Source: Octopus vulgaris
Lineage: Eukaryota
Assembly: GCA_951406725.2 (NCBI GenBank)
Contig: OX597822.1
Coordinates: 33,542,001-33,606,000, forward strand
Length of the DNA stretch: 64,000 nucleotides
Direction: 5' to 3'
In this document: positions 28,550-41,700 of the stretch, piece after piece
Layout of the letters: each line of letters opens with the position of its first letter
How positions within the stretch are numbered: position 1 is the first letter of the stretch
Program-made: the position numbers and the translations under genes
The notes under the pieces: model-generated
What the model was told of the DNA's origin: nothing
Database searches by the model: none
The model's input: only the letters and a program-made list of their open reading frames with translations

Positions 28550-28710
28550 ATATACATACATACACACACACATATATGACAGTCTCCTTTCAGTTTCCGT
28601 CTACCAAATCCACTCACAAAACAGTTGGTCGGCCCGTGGCTATAGTAGAAGACACTTGTACAAGGTGCCACGCAGTGGGACTGAACCCAGAATGATGTGG
28701 TTGGTAAGGA
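28287..28710 (-). mobile_element. SINE family D
   Basis: Same consensus. Confidence 0.8.
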
Positions 28711-28873
28711 AGCAAATGATAAAGGATTTGAAGAGAATGATGCGATTGAAAATATATCTAACAAAAGACTGATGCTGTTAGAACCAAGTTAAGAATACAG
28801 ATGGGGGTAAGAAAATTCCACCAACGCCACTTAAATTCACAAGTGGAAGTGCGTGGCTTAGTGGTTAGAGCAT

Positions 28874-29263
28874 GTGGAGGCGCAATGGCCCAGTGGTTAG
28901 GGCAGCGGACTCGCGGTCATAGGATCGCAGTTTCGATTCCCAGACCGGGCGTTGTGAGTGTTTATTGAGCGAAAACACCTAAAAAGCTCCACGAGGCTCC
29001 GGCAGGGGATAGTGGTGATCCCTGCTGTACTCTTTCACCACAACTTTCTCTCACTCTTACTTCCTGTTTCTGTTGTACCTGTATTTCAAGGGGCCGGCCT
29101 TGTCACTCTCTATGTCACGCTGAATATCCCCGAGAACTACGTTAAGGGTGCACGTCTCTGTGGAGTGCTCAGCCACTTACACGTTAATTTCACGAGCAGG
29201 CTGTTCCGTTGATTCGGATCAACCAGAACCCTCATCGTCGTAACCGACGGAGTGCTTCCACAC
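28874..29263 (+). mobile_element. tRNA-derived SINE, family C, nested in the A box of another SINE
   Basis: TSD AGTGGTTAGAG (28860-28870, 29264-29274). Confidence 0.9.
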
Positions 29264-29630
29264 AGTGGTTAGAGTGTCAGCATCATGATCGCAAGATTGT
29301 GGTTTCGATTCTTGGAACGGGCGACGCATTGTGTTCTTGAGCAAAACACTTCATTTCATGTTGCTCCAGTCCACCCAGTTGACGACAATGAGTAACCACG
29401 CTACGGACCGGTGTCCCGTCCAGGTGGAGAATATACACGCAATGAAACCGGGAAACCGGGCCGTAATGAGTCGGGATGATTCGAGAAGGTAATTTTACCT
29501 TACTTTACCTTTTCTTTTTTCTTTTCTTTTATTTGACTATGGCCATGCTGGAGCATCGCCTTCAGTCATGCAAATTGACCCCAGGACTTATTCTTTGTAA
29601 GCCTAGTACTTATTCTATCGGTCTCTTTTG

Positions 29631-29929
29631 TGGGGTGCATTTGAGCGAGAGACCAACAAAACTCCTTGTAACACCAAAGATAAACTGAAGGCAAGGATTA
29701 TGGCAGCATTCACCAACTTCAACAAGAAGACCGTCCAGAAGAGTTGCATCAGATTCCAAAATCCTCTGGCGACCGTGGTTGAAGCCAATGGCGATTTTAT
29801 GGAATAAATCTACTCTTTAGTGTTTCAAGATATCATTATGTAATTTTGGTAAATATATCCGCTAAAATAAGATGTCAGTATTATATTAATTTTCGCGTAA
29901 TTTAGACGACATTTTATTCACCGCCCCTG
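29631..29929 (+). mobile_element. 3' fragment of a second maT-like Tc1/mariner family
   Basis: 29631-29807 reads WGAFERETNKTPCNTKDKLKARIMAAF..CIRFQNPLATVVEANGDFME*, matching the C-terminus of the 60.9-kb transposase; ends in TIR-like ..ATTCACCGCCCCTG. Confidence 0.75.
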
Positions 29930-30316
29930 AATGTGTGTGTACGTGTGTGCATGTGTGTGCATGTGTATGTATGCATGTGTATGTATGTATGTATGTATGT
30001 ATGTATGTATTCAGACACATAGACGCATACGAGTATGTCTGTCGAATTAGTTATATTTGATGGCCTTGCTCCACTGCAGTAGTGAGGTATATAGAGCACG
30101 CTCAGTTGGGAATCAATATTCTATTTCAGTGATACATCTATGTGTGAATATTTGAGTGTGCGTGTATGTGAGTGTTTCTGTGTGCGTGTGCATGCGTGTG
30201 CGTATGTGTATGTGTATGTGTGTGTGCGTATGCGTGTGTGTGTGTAAGGCACACAGCAAGAACATATATAGATATCTCTATTTTATATATACAGAGAGAG
30301 AGAGAGGAAAATAGAC

Positions 30317-30366
<50 letters not shown>

Positions 30367-30501
30367 GCAGGCAGGCAGGCAGGCACACAGACAGACAGAC
30401 AGGCAGACAGACACAGGCAGACACACAGACACACAGACAGACAGACAGATAGATAGATAGGCGGACAAACTAAAATATACAGACACACATTAGTTCTTCA
30501 G

Positions 30502-30576
<75 letters not shown>

Positions 30577-31069
30577 TTTGTGTACATGTCAACGAACGTG
30601 AATTGGTAAAGTCGTTAGAGCAACGGATAAAATGCCTTGTATTTGCTCAGGCTCTCAGCGCTCTGAGTTCAAATTCTGCCTCAGTTAGCTTTGGTTTGCA
30701 TTCTTGCGACGTTCGGTAAATGAAATCCAGCATGTTGGAATGTTGGAACGGCGGAATGAGATGTTCTTTTTCCACTCTCTCATATGATGTATCTACAACA
30801 CTAAACTACGAGCAGCAGCAACCACTCCAACCAGCAATGGTATCATTTTACTGCTTGCTAACAATACATAACCTCCATAGATTCTATAGATTGCAATCTA
30901 TAGAATAGGCTATAGGATGAAAGAGCTGTCAGCCTCAGCATTAGATCAACATCTATGCTCTCATTTTACACACCATTATTCGAGAGGTTCAAATGATCTG
31001 GGCAATTGACTTCTACAACACTATTACGTTTGTTGCCTGTCCTCCTGTAGATCAATATTAGATAAGCTT

Positions 31070-32100
31070 AAGGCGGCGAGCTGGCCGAAACGTTAGCACG
31101 CCGGGCGAAATGCTTAGCGGTATTTTGGCTGCCGTTACGTTCTGAGTTCAAATTCCGCCGAGGTCGACATTGCTTTTCATCGATTAAATAAGTACCAGTT
31201 ACGCACTGGGGTCGATATAAACGACTTAATCCGTTTGTCTGTCTTTGTCCCCTCTGTGTGTAGCCCCTTGTGGGTAGTAAAGAAATAAGAAACGTTAGCA
31301 CGCCGGGCGAAATGCTTAGCGGTATTCTGTCTGTCTTTACGTTCTGAGTTCAAATTCCGCCGAGGTCGACTTTGCCTTTCATCCTTTCGGGGTCGATTAA
31401 ATAAGTATCAGTTACACACTGGGGTCGATATAATCGACTTAATCCACTTGTCTGTCCTTGTTTGTCCCCTCTGTGTTTAGCCCCTTGTGGGTAGTAAAGA
31501 AATAGGTATTTCGTCTGCCGCTACGTTCTGAGTTCAAATTCCGCCGAGGTCGACTTTGCCTTTCATCCTTTCGGGGTCGATTAAATAAGTACCAGTTACG
31601 CACTGGGATCGATATAATCGACTTAATCCGTTTGTCTGTCCTTGTTTGTCCCCTCTTTGTTTAGCCCCTTGTGAGCAGTAAAGAAATAGGTATTCCGTTT
31701 GTCTTTAGGTACTGAGTTCAAATTCCGCCGAGGTCGACTTTGCCTTTCATCTTTTCGGGGTTGATAAATTAAGTACCAGTTGCGTACTCAGGTTGATGTA
31801 ATCGATTGCCCCCTCACCCAAAATTTCGGGCCTTGTGCCTAGAGTAGAAACGAATATTAGATAAGCTTAAGGCGGCGAACTGGCAGAATCGTTAGCACAT
31901 CGAGCAAAATGCTTCGCCGCATTTCATTCATCCTTACGTCCTGAGTTCAAATACCGCCTAGGTTGACTTGGCCTTTCATCTTTTTGAGGTCGATAAAATA
32001 TATACCAGTTGAGCATTGAGGGTCGATGTAATCGACTAACTTCCACCACCACCACCACACCCTCGAAATTGCTATCCCTGTGTCAAAATTTTGTAACCAA
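31070..32100 (+). mobile_element. Array of SINE family A/B followed by a further monomer
   Basis: Junctions at 31288, 31505, 31689. Confidence 0.85.
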
Positions 32101-32139
32101 TATTAGATATGCTGTGTTCGTCCGCGCTGCATCTTTTAT

Positions 32140-32420
32140 TGAAATTTTCCATTAGCATTTCTTATTCTTAAAAATGTGTATACATTCTGGTTCTGGTGCT
32201 CCTTTCGTATTTGTCGTCAGGATAATCTTTCAAGTGTATAGAACTGTAAATAGCTTTGACAACAACGTCATATCTGCTGGAAGGAAAGTGAGTAAGTTGC
32301 GGACATTTTTTATACAGATATCTTGATACACATATCTGTTGATGATACAGATGACTTGAATTTTTTCAGTTGCTGTCACAGATTTCGCATTTTTTTCAGT
32401 TTTGTCCCAATTGCTTTCCA
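32140..32420 (-). mobile_element. Degenerate fragment of an RLE-type non-LTR element (R4/Dong-like)
   Basis: KCEIC..KCPQL..RYDVVVKAIY..PEPE resembles the CCHC knuckle + RHD motif that precedes the restriction-like endonuclease. Confidence 0.4.
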
Positions 32421-32889
32421 ATTTGGTATAACAATTTACTTTTAAATGCTAATTACGAAAATGAAAATCATTTTTCCTATAAATTAACAAAAAAAATAAC
32501 AGCTTTTAAAGTTTGCAATTTTGGGGGTAATTTTGGCCAATCGAGATCCACAATTATACACGTGACTGTAAATTACCAATATGTGATTATTTCCATAGTA
32601 ACAAGGACGCTGTACGCATGGGACTATGACACTTTTACCACCGCAACCAATGCTACAAGTTTTGACGGGAATCATTTTGTGACAGACAGCGATCACGCAG
32701 AAAATGCTAACGTCCAATTCCTCGTTTCCTGACTGGCTAAAAATTATCAAACTTTGAAACCTTTATAACATTTTACTATTTTTTCTCTTTTTTTTTTCTG
32801 GAATAAATGAATCCTTAATTCGGATTTAGCGTGAAAAGTTACATAAATATACCAAATATGAAGATTTTTCAATTGATTTTAAAATTTCC

Positions 32890-33048
32890 AGTGGCTGTGT
32901 GGTAAGTACCTTGCTTACAAACCACATGGTTCCGGGTTCAGTCCCACTGTGTGGCACCTTGGCCAAGTGTCTTCTACTATAGCCTCGGGCCGACCAAAGC
33001 CTTGTGTTTGGATTTGGTAGACGGAAACTGAAAGAAACCTGTCGTATA

Positions 33049-33136
<88 letters not shown>

Positions 33137-33354
33137 TTTGTTTGTTTGTTTGTGTGTCTGTGTTTGTCCCTCCAGCATCGCTTGACAACCGATGCTGGTG
33201 TGTGTACGTCCCTGTAACTTAGCGGTTCGGCAAAAGAGACCGATAGAATAAATGCTAGGCTTACAAATAATAAGTACTGTGGTCGATTTGCTCGACTAAA
33301 GGCGGTGCTCCAGCATGGGCACAGTCAAATGACTGAAACAAGTAAAAGAGTAAA
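32890..33354 (+). mobile_element. SINE family D
   Basis: Same consensus with expanded (TG)n. Confidence 0.85.
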
Positions 33355-33678
33355 ATGTTCTCAAATATTCTCGAAAAATCACTTTTATCCTGTAACTTGA
33401 ACAAAACAATTGGGACGGGTGCACACCCACACACACATACACACACACACACTCTTACATACTCAAAGAAGCACATCACGTTCTAGAGACCAGCTCTCTC
33501 TTCGGATTACCAACGACTAAACGGGCCCAGTTACTCCTCAAGATAGGCGAGTGCTCAGGAAGCCTAAGTGCTGTAAGTACAATCTAACCATCCAACACTT
33601 ACTAGACGTCGACGGTGATGATGATGATATCTACGACGACGACGACGACGACGGCGATGATGATGATGGTGATGATGA

Positions 33679-33712
<34 letters not shown>

Positions 33713-34309
33713 GGTGGTGGTGGTGGTGATGGTGGTGGTGATGATGGTGATGATGATGATGATGATGGTGATGATGATGGCGGCGGCGGCGGCGATGATA
33801 ACTAATATGGCAAACGCTCGTTCAATCAAAACGCTGCTTAAACTGCAACCAAACTTCTCGATTAATAATAAATTAACAGCCTGGGCGCTTACCTACTACT
33901 TTGACTCACAGAACATCAATATAGCTCAAGAAATCCTTGGCTCATTGCAAAAGCATTCGATTCCCCCCTACCCATCACCGCCAGCACCACCATCTGCAAC
34001 TGCTCTGTTCCACCTTTCCTCCCATCCTTCCTTCCTTCCTTCTTTCCTTCCATCCTTCCATCCTTCCTTCCTTTCTTCCTTCCTTCATTCCCTTCTTTCG
34101 CCCTTCCTCTTCTGCCTATCCTATCCTTCCAGTAACCAGTGGGACTGCACCAACCTCGATCTATAGATGTGTATATAGAACGACAGAAACAAAACCAATG
34201 TAATTACTCGTGTGTGTGTGTGTGTGTGTGTGCGTGTGTGTGCGTGCGTGTGTGTGTGTAATATTCATACATACATACATAAACACACACACACATGTAT
34301 GTGTGTATG

Positions 34310-34387
<78 letters not shown>

Positions 34388-34734
34388 TTGTACTACACTA
34401 CTGACCTCCATTGTTGGCAAGAGGTGTGACTTTAAAGCCATCATTTTGATTCTCTAAGCAAATATTCGTAAACTGATTAACACTGATTAACACTGACAAT
34501 TCTCACAAGTCCTGGCTAATTTTCTGTAAAAGTCATTAATTTTGTTACACCCCCACCCCCTAATAATATATATTTGACAACCTTTGGTTCAATGGTATGA
34601 AGAAACAAAATACAAAAACAAAAAAAACAAAAAACAAAGAACACGTTCTGAAGTACAGTTCTATATTTAAGAGATGAAGAATTATTTACATTATTTACAT
34701 TCGACGGACATTTGTCCTCACCTTGTTTGTTGTT

Positions 34735-34780
34735 AACACAACGTTTCGGCTGATATACCCTCCAGCCTTCTTCAGGTGTC
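34735..34780 (-). ncRNA. Minimal type I hammerhead ribozyme
   Basis: GACAC-CUGAAGA-A-GGCUG(loop)CAGCC-GAAA-CGUU-GUGUU: stems I and II pair, palindromic stem III (AACGUU). Confidence 0.8.
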
Positions 34781-34854
34781 TTGGGGAAATTTCGAACCTG
34801 GGTTCTCATTCGTAAGGTATTTTTCGATGTTATTATTATTATCATTAGTGTTCA

Positions 34855-34927
34855 GGTCACTGCTTGGAATCGAACTCGGAATCGTGGGGTTAGTAGTCTG
34901 CGCTCTTAACCACTACATCATATGCCC
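34855..34927 (-). other. tRNA-derived Pol III head (not a functional tRNA)
   Basis: A box TAGTGGTTAAG, B box GAGTTCGATTCC, 73 nt, poorly paired stems. Confidence 0.65.
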
Positions 34928-35087
34928 GTGGGCAATTATGGAGTGAATTTTAGGGCTTATAAATCTAATATTTTTCTATCCTTCCTTAATACCGGTTCCC
35001 ATATGCAGCTCATATCTGAACACTAACAATAATAATAGTAATAGCATCGAAAAATACCTTAGGAACCCAGGTTCGAAATTTCCCCAA

Positions 35088-35125
35088 GACACATGAAGAA
35101 GTCTGGACAGCCGAAACGTTGTGTT
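35088..35125 (+). ncRNA. Degenerate hammerhead copy
   Basis: GACAC-AUGAAGA-A-GUCUG..CAGCC-GAAACGUU-GUGUU; C3 mutated. Confidence 0.55.
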
Positions 35126-35849
35126 AACAACAAACAAGATGACAAATATCCGTCGAATGTAAATAATGTACGTTCTCAAGTGTTGAAATCTTAAATTAAA
35201 AGTTTCCATGGAAACAGATGTGGCTGTGTAGAGAGCAAGTTAGCTTAGTAATAACAAGGTTTTGAGTTCTATTCCAGGACACTCTGAGCAAGGATTTTTC
35301 TATTGTAGTCTCGAACCAACTTTGGAATGGAAGTTGGTAATGGTAACTACATTGAGGTATGTCGTACATGTGTGCATGTGTATGTATGTATGTATGTATG
35401 TATGTATGTATGTATCGGTCCCGATACATACATACAACTGTGACCGATCTTTTCGAGCAAGAATTGGTCTTATCAGTCACCTGCGGACTCACCAATAAAT
35501 TTGCGCGAAGACCATCATCCTCGACCTTGAGGGATTGCTATAGAATGTATGTATGCATGCATGCATATATGTATGTGCGTATGTTTATGAATGTATTTTC
35601 AAGTATATGTGAATGAACGTTCACATTATAACCGGTCGCTCTCGAAGACCAATGGAAGAATAAAATTATTATTTCTTGGAAAATAAGTTTACGTTAGAAG
35701 TAGGAAGGGAATCTAGGTGTAAGACCTCGTCTTACTTACGACGACAGCACGGAAAAACGAACGAACGAATATCATAATTTTATGTAGGAACCTTTAAGTA
35801 GTTAATTTTCTGGCACCAACTAAATAACTGTGTCTAATTTTACCACAAG

Positions 35850-36150
35850 TAGAGGCACATGGCCTAGTGGTTAGAGCAGCGGACTCGCGGTCGAAGAATC
35901 GCGGGTTCGAATCTCAGACCGGGCGATATGTGTGTTTATGAGCGAAACACTCAAGTTCCACGCGGCTCCGGCAGAAGGTAATGGCGAACTTCTGCTGACT
36001 CTTTCGCCACAACTTTCTCTCACTCTTTCCTCCTGCATCTTGCAGCTCACCTGCGACGGACCGGCGTCCCGTCCAGGTGGGGAACCTATACGCCAAGGAA
36101 ACCGGGAAACCGGCCCTATGAGCCAGGCGTGGCTCGAGAAGGAACAAACA
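35850..36150 (+). mobile_element. SINE with family-C-like head and different tail
   Basis: Head shared with family C; tail GAAACCGGGAAACCGGCCC shared with 10310-10590 (minus) and 29400-29490. Confidence 0.75.
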
Positions 36151-36942
36151 ATTTTACCACAAAGGACGGCAATTTTGAGAAGAACGAGTTAGTTGATACC
36201 TTTGATTGTAGTACTTGCCTGCTACTTTATTTTATCGATCTCAGGGAGACAAAAGACAAAGCTGACTTTGACAGGATTTGGACTCAGAACGTAAAGAACC
36301 GGAACAAATGACGTAAGGCTACCCCGCCCCATTTCCTTCTGTCTAACGATTTTGCCGCCTCGCCACTCTTGAAAACGCTAACTAAATATCAACCTCGAAA
36401 GGATAAAGGGCAAAGTTTACCTCAGCGGAGATTTGACCTCGGGACGTAAAACGCCAGAAGAAATACTGTTAAGATTCCGTCGATGCAGCTATGGCTGTAT
36501 GGAGAGCAAGTTAGATTAGTAACAACAAGGTTTTGAATTTTATTCCAGGACACTCTGGCCAAGAGCTTTGCTGCCGGAGCCTCGGTCCGGCGCGCTTAAC
36601 GGTTCTACCAGTAAACCAGTTTCACAGCAATGAAAGATAATATATAAATAACAATCTGTAGATGTTAACGGCAAATGATTGCTGTACTCCCAAACTGTAA
36701 TATCTGTAGAATGGTTAGCACGCCGGGCGAAATGTTTAGCGGCATTTCATCCGTCCTTACTTTCTGACTTCGAATTTACCTTCCAAATTTTGGGGTCGAT
36801 AAAATAAGTACCGGTTGAGAACTGAAGGCGATGTGATCGACTATCCCCCCGCCCTCAAAATTGCTGGCCTTGTGCCAAAATGTGAAACCAATATCTGTAT
36901 GCTTCCTAGAGATCAGGAACGGTCTTTAGCAAACCTTTAAAG

Positions 36943-37235
36943 CAAGGGTTACCAAACTTTTCCGGTTGCCGTCCCCTTGGCATCCAGGTCACATTTCTAA
37001 CGCCCTCCGCCCCACCTCACCACCACAAACATAGACAACTTTCTGCAGCAAATTCAAAACAGCTGCTTTTCACAAATTAAACTTAACCTTATCAACCCAT
37101 TATTTTGTTGTTTCAACATTCATTTGCCCCCTTTTGGCCATCCTATTATCACCCTATTCCACGACACCTCCCACCCACTTGCATCTTTCCACCGCCCCTA
37201 GTGTAGAGCAGTACTGCCCACTTTGGGAACCAATG
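36943..37235. mobile_element. hAT-type MITE
   Basis: TIRs CAAGGGTTACCAAA / TTTGGGAACCAATG; perfect 8-bp TSD CTTTAAAG (36935-36942, 37236-37243). Confidence 0.8.
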
Positions 37236-38310
37236 CTTTAAAGGCTTAAGGGATATTTGAATTTTATTCTACAACCACTGAAGAGCGAAGACCTTAAGAA
37301 ATGTCAGAGATAAGGGACTTAAACTGGATCTGAAAATATTGGATGTCAACGATGAGGCGTCACAAAATCAAGATATATATGTGGTCATTCGCTATACTAG
37401 AAATAGCAGCCGAATCTCTATTAAAACATTTCAATTCCGATCTTTGAAAAGGAGGGACACATTAGACTGCATGGTCCTAAATACACCACAGAATAGGAAG
37501 ATCACAACTGAAATTACACGTCTGTTTGATCGGGGTTGGCTTAAGAGTAAGGAGCAACATCAACAACACCTAAAGCTCCACGAGGCTCCGGCAGGGGGTG
37601 GTGGCGACTCCTGTTGTACTCTTTCGCTCCAACTTTCTCTCACTCTTTCTTCCTGTTTCTTGTTCCCGACTTCCTACGCAACCGCTGAGCCTGGATGCGC
37701 ATTCATCCATCCGTCGATGCTCTCGGTGTCGGGGGTTGACCTGCTTTCTCTTCTGCAGGTCTGTCTTACGAATAGCAAAGGACCACGTTTCGGGCTTCTC
37801 CTACTACTGGGACGAAGACCGCTTCGCTCAACAAACAAACAAACAAACGACATCAACAATAACAACAACATGGAATAGTACTGCATGGCAGTCGTAATCC
37901 ACCACCCATTTTAACACCACCACCACCCGGTCCTTAAAAGCAGCGTTGTAAGCATTGCAGTGAGGTAACCCGCCACCCAGTTTAAGACCACCACCAACCG
38001 GTCCTTAAATGCTAAAGCAGAGTTGTAAGCATTGCAGTCAGGTCATTGATCTGAGGATAAACTTCCCTCTTCGCTACTCCCTTCGCCCACCGTTCCACTG
38101 GTGTCGGAGGTCCTCACAAAGATCGTAGTCTCCCTCTGTCCTACCATCTCTAAATAAAGCTATTTTAATACAAGAAATTAATAGATTAAACAGCAGACAG
38201 CCCCCGAGTCATGCAAGAGTGCGCGGTGTGGATGAGGAAAGACGTGGGTTTACGTGAAATAACAATTGCAATGCCAACAGCTAAACTGTGGCGGCGGTAA
38301 AGACAACGGC

Positions 38311-38379
<69 letters not shown>

Positions 38380-38460
38380 GATGATGATGATGATGACGAT
38401 TAAGATATTGATGATGATGATGATGATGATGACGACAGCGGAGGCGGCAATCATGGTAGT

Positions 38461-38491
<31 letters not shown>

Positions 38492-38710
38492 CGACGACCA
38501 CGATAATAATGCTGAAGAGAAACATGACGACGGCGAGGTAGTGGGGCGTGGGGGTGGGGTAGTGGTGGTGTGGTGGCGACGCTGCTGGGGATGATGGCTT
38601 CCCTCTCTGACCCACCAACCACCAATTCACTAACTACATATTTAAAATGAACAGTCATTTATATTTCAGGTACCTTGTCAGTCGTCGTCGTCGTCGTCAT
38701 CATCATTATC

Positions 38711-38741
<31 letters not shown>

Positions 38742-39002
38742 CCAACAACAACAACAAATACACATTAAATAGCTTGCCACCTCTAATTAGTATTGCTAAT
38801 GCTTTATTGTTTAAAGTGTTTGGGGGTGGGCAGAAGAAGCCACTGTTTAAAGGGCCAGAAAAATATTTCGAATATTTATGACAGGTTTACAGGTCAACTT
38901 GGATGGAACTTTTAAAATAATGCAACTTAATTGTTAAGACTAATGACTTGTAGGTATGTGGTATTCAGTTATGTAACCGTTATATAATATAAAGTATATT
39001 GT

Positions 39003-39682
39003 TTTCTGCTCTAGGCACATGGCCTGAAATTTGGGGGGAGGGGGACCAGTCGATTACATCAACGCCAGTTTGTCTGTCCTTGTTTGTCCCCTCTATGTTT
39101 AGCCCCTTGTGGGTAATAAAGAAACAGATTACATCAACGCCAGTACACAACTAGCACTTAATTTACTGACGCCGAAAGGATAAAAGGCAAAGTCGACCTC
39201 GGCGGGATTTGAACACAGAACGTAAAGACAGACGAAATACCTATTTCTTTACTACCCACAAGGGGCTAAACACAGAGAGGACAAACAAGGACAGACAAAC
39301 GGATTAAGTCGATTATATCGACCCCCAGTGCGTAACTGGTACTTATTTAATCGACCCCGAAAGGATGAAAGGCAAAGTCGACTTCGGCGGAATTTCAACT
39401 CAGAACGTAACGGCAGACGAAATAACGCTAAGCATTTCGCCCGGAGTGCTAACGTTTCTTATTTCTTTATTTCCCACAAGGGGCTACACTCAGAGGGGAC
39501 AAACAAGGACAGACATAGGTATTAAGTCGATTACATCGACCCCAGTGCGTAACTGGTACTTAATTTATTGACCCCGAAAGGATGAAAGGCAAAGTCGACC
39601 TCGACGGAATTTGAACTCAGAACGTAACGGCAGACGAAATACCGCTAAGCATTTCTCCCGGCGTTGTGCGAGCTCGCCGCCT
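39003..39682 (-). mobile_element. Array of SINE family A/B with an inverted B-tail insert
   Basis: Junctions at 39242 and 39460; 18-bp TSD around 39070-39126. Confidence 0.85.
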
Positions 39683-39943
39683 TTTTATGATTAAATATTA
39701 TTAGAAACTGTAAGAAAAATTGTTAAAATATTTTGTGTATTTTAGGAGTATAAATCAATTCATTGCATATAAATTTTGGTAACAAAACTTTTATAGACCC
39801 CCCAAAGGGTCATACGGACCCCGGTTGGGAACCACTGATTCTGTGGCACGGAGATGGCTATGTTGTTAAGAAGTTCGCTCCCTAACCACGGGGTTTAGGC
39901 TTCAGTCCCACTGCGGAACACTCTGAGATAGTGTCTTCAGCCG

Positions 39944-40127
39944 CAGAGCTCCGCAACCTTTTTTCCCTTGCGTTACACTTATACTCTTTTCAGAATTCGG
40001 CGGCACACCTGAAATAAAAATATAACTAAAGTATAGAGGGAAAATCATATTCAGGTTACACTGCGGCACACCTAGCATCGTCTCGTGGCACACCAGTGTG
40101 ATGTAGCACACCGGTTGCGGAGCACTG
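39944..40127. mobile_element. hAT-type MITE inside a SINE
   Basis: 15-bp TIRs CAGAGCTCCGCAACC / GGTTGCGGAGCACTG, internal GCGGCACAC repeats; TSD decayed. Confidence 0.65.
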
Positions 40128-40197
40128 TTCTACTGTATCCTCGGCCTGATCAAAACTTAGTGAGTGAATCTAGCAAAAGGAAACTGAAAGAAGCTTG

Positions 40198-40266
<69 letters not shown>

Positions 40267-40722
40267 GTTGTGCTTCTTTATCAAGAGATCGTGTAATGGC
40301 CATACAAGCAGTATCGATTGTTTCCAATCTTCCGTGAAAAACTTATCTGGTCATTTAAAAGCATGGGGAAAAGAATACATTACCGCGCTTTGGAAACAAG
40401 CGAGGGTTGGCGAAAGGAAGAGCGTCCGGCCAGAGAAAACCTGACTCAACTAATTTCTTCTGATTTATGTAAGCATAGAAAAAGTAAATGTTAAAATTGA
40501 CAACGACGACGACGACGATGATGAAGATTATGATTGGAGAATAGTTAAACAGTCGGTAAACAGGGGGTGGGGATCACAAAATACGAGAGAGAATAAACAC
40601 CAATTATTCAAAATTTCACTTCCAAATATGTAAATATCAGACTTCTAAATTCAAACGCACCTAAAAACATAGGTGGAAAGGGATGAAGTAGAACAAAAAA
40701 AGTGTTTTTGAGTTTGTTATTA

Positions 40723-40802
<80 letters not shown>

Positions 40803-41344
40803 GCTGTTGTTATCCTTTGCAGGCATAATCAGTAGTAATTTGTATTCTGGCAGAAATCCAGAGACCGATGGTATCATCTACAGAAGAGATCAATATATTT
40901 TTAAAAAATAGTTTCAGAATAATGCAAGAGTTCACGTGGAATGAATGCTACCGAGTATGTAATACATATCTTGATTTCGGGATTAAATTCTTTAAAACCT
41001 TTTAATAACACCAAGTGTGGAATAACTAACCCCAGGGTAGATAATTTATCATAATTCAATATACTAGTTTTAAATATATCACTTTACATACATACATACT
41101 TTTCTACTCTAGGCAAAAGGCCCGAAATTTTGGGGGAGGAGGCCAGTCGATTAGATCGACCCCAGTACGCAACTGGTACTTATTTAATCGACCCCCAAAG
41201 GATGAAAGGCAAAGTCGACCTCGGCTGAATTTGAACTCAGAACGTAGCAGCAGACAAAATACCCCTAAGCATTTCGCCCGGCGTGCTAACGTTTCTGCCT
41301 TCTCGCCGCTTTATATAAATACATACATACATAGATACATACAT

Positions 41345-41477
<133 letters not shown>

Positions 41478-41485
41478 TATATATA

Positions 41486-41690
41486 GGGAGAATTCACAAA
41501 AAAAAAACAAATGACGAAGACAGGTGGTGTAGACAACAAACAGATGAATTAGTATAACGCTCAGGAAGTGAAAAAGTCTTTAACGTTTCGAGCCTAAGCT
41601 CTTCCACAGAAAGGAACACAGAAAGAAACAAGGAGAGAAAATAAAGACAGAAAATAAAGAATGTGTAGTGGCTAGCGATCCATCATGACA
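41486..41690 (-). mobile_element. Penelope-like end fragment with degenerate hammerhead (41578-41613)
   Basis: Paralog of 26438-26600; CUGUGGA-A-GAGC..GCUC-GAAACGUU. Confidence 0.5.
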
Positions 41691-41700
41691 TATATATATA

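Larger units (their letters stand above)
34655..35169 (-). mobile_element. Penelope-like mini-insert: tRNA-like head + hammerhead-bearing tail with inverted tail copy
   Basis: 12-bp TSD ACGTTCT(G/C)AAGT (34643-34654, 35170-35181); inverted arms about 34690-34855 and 35015-35169. Confidence 0.7.

Noticed and set aside
32195-32222. CUGACGA..GAAA on the minus strand as a hammerhead
   Set aside because: No stem II or stem I pairing; lies within a LINE coding remnant
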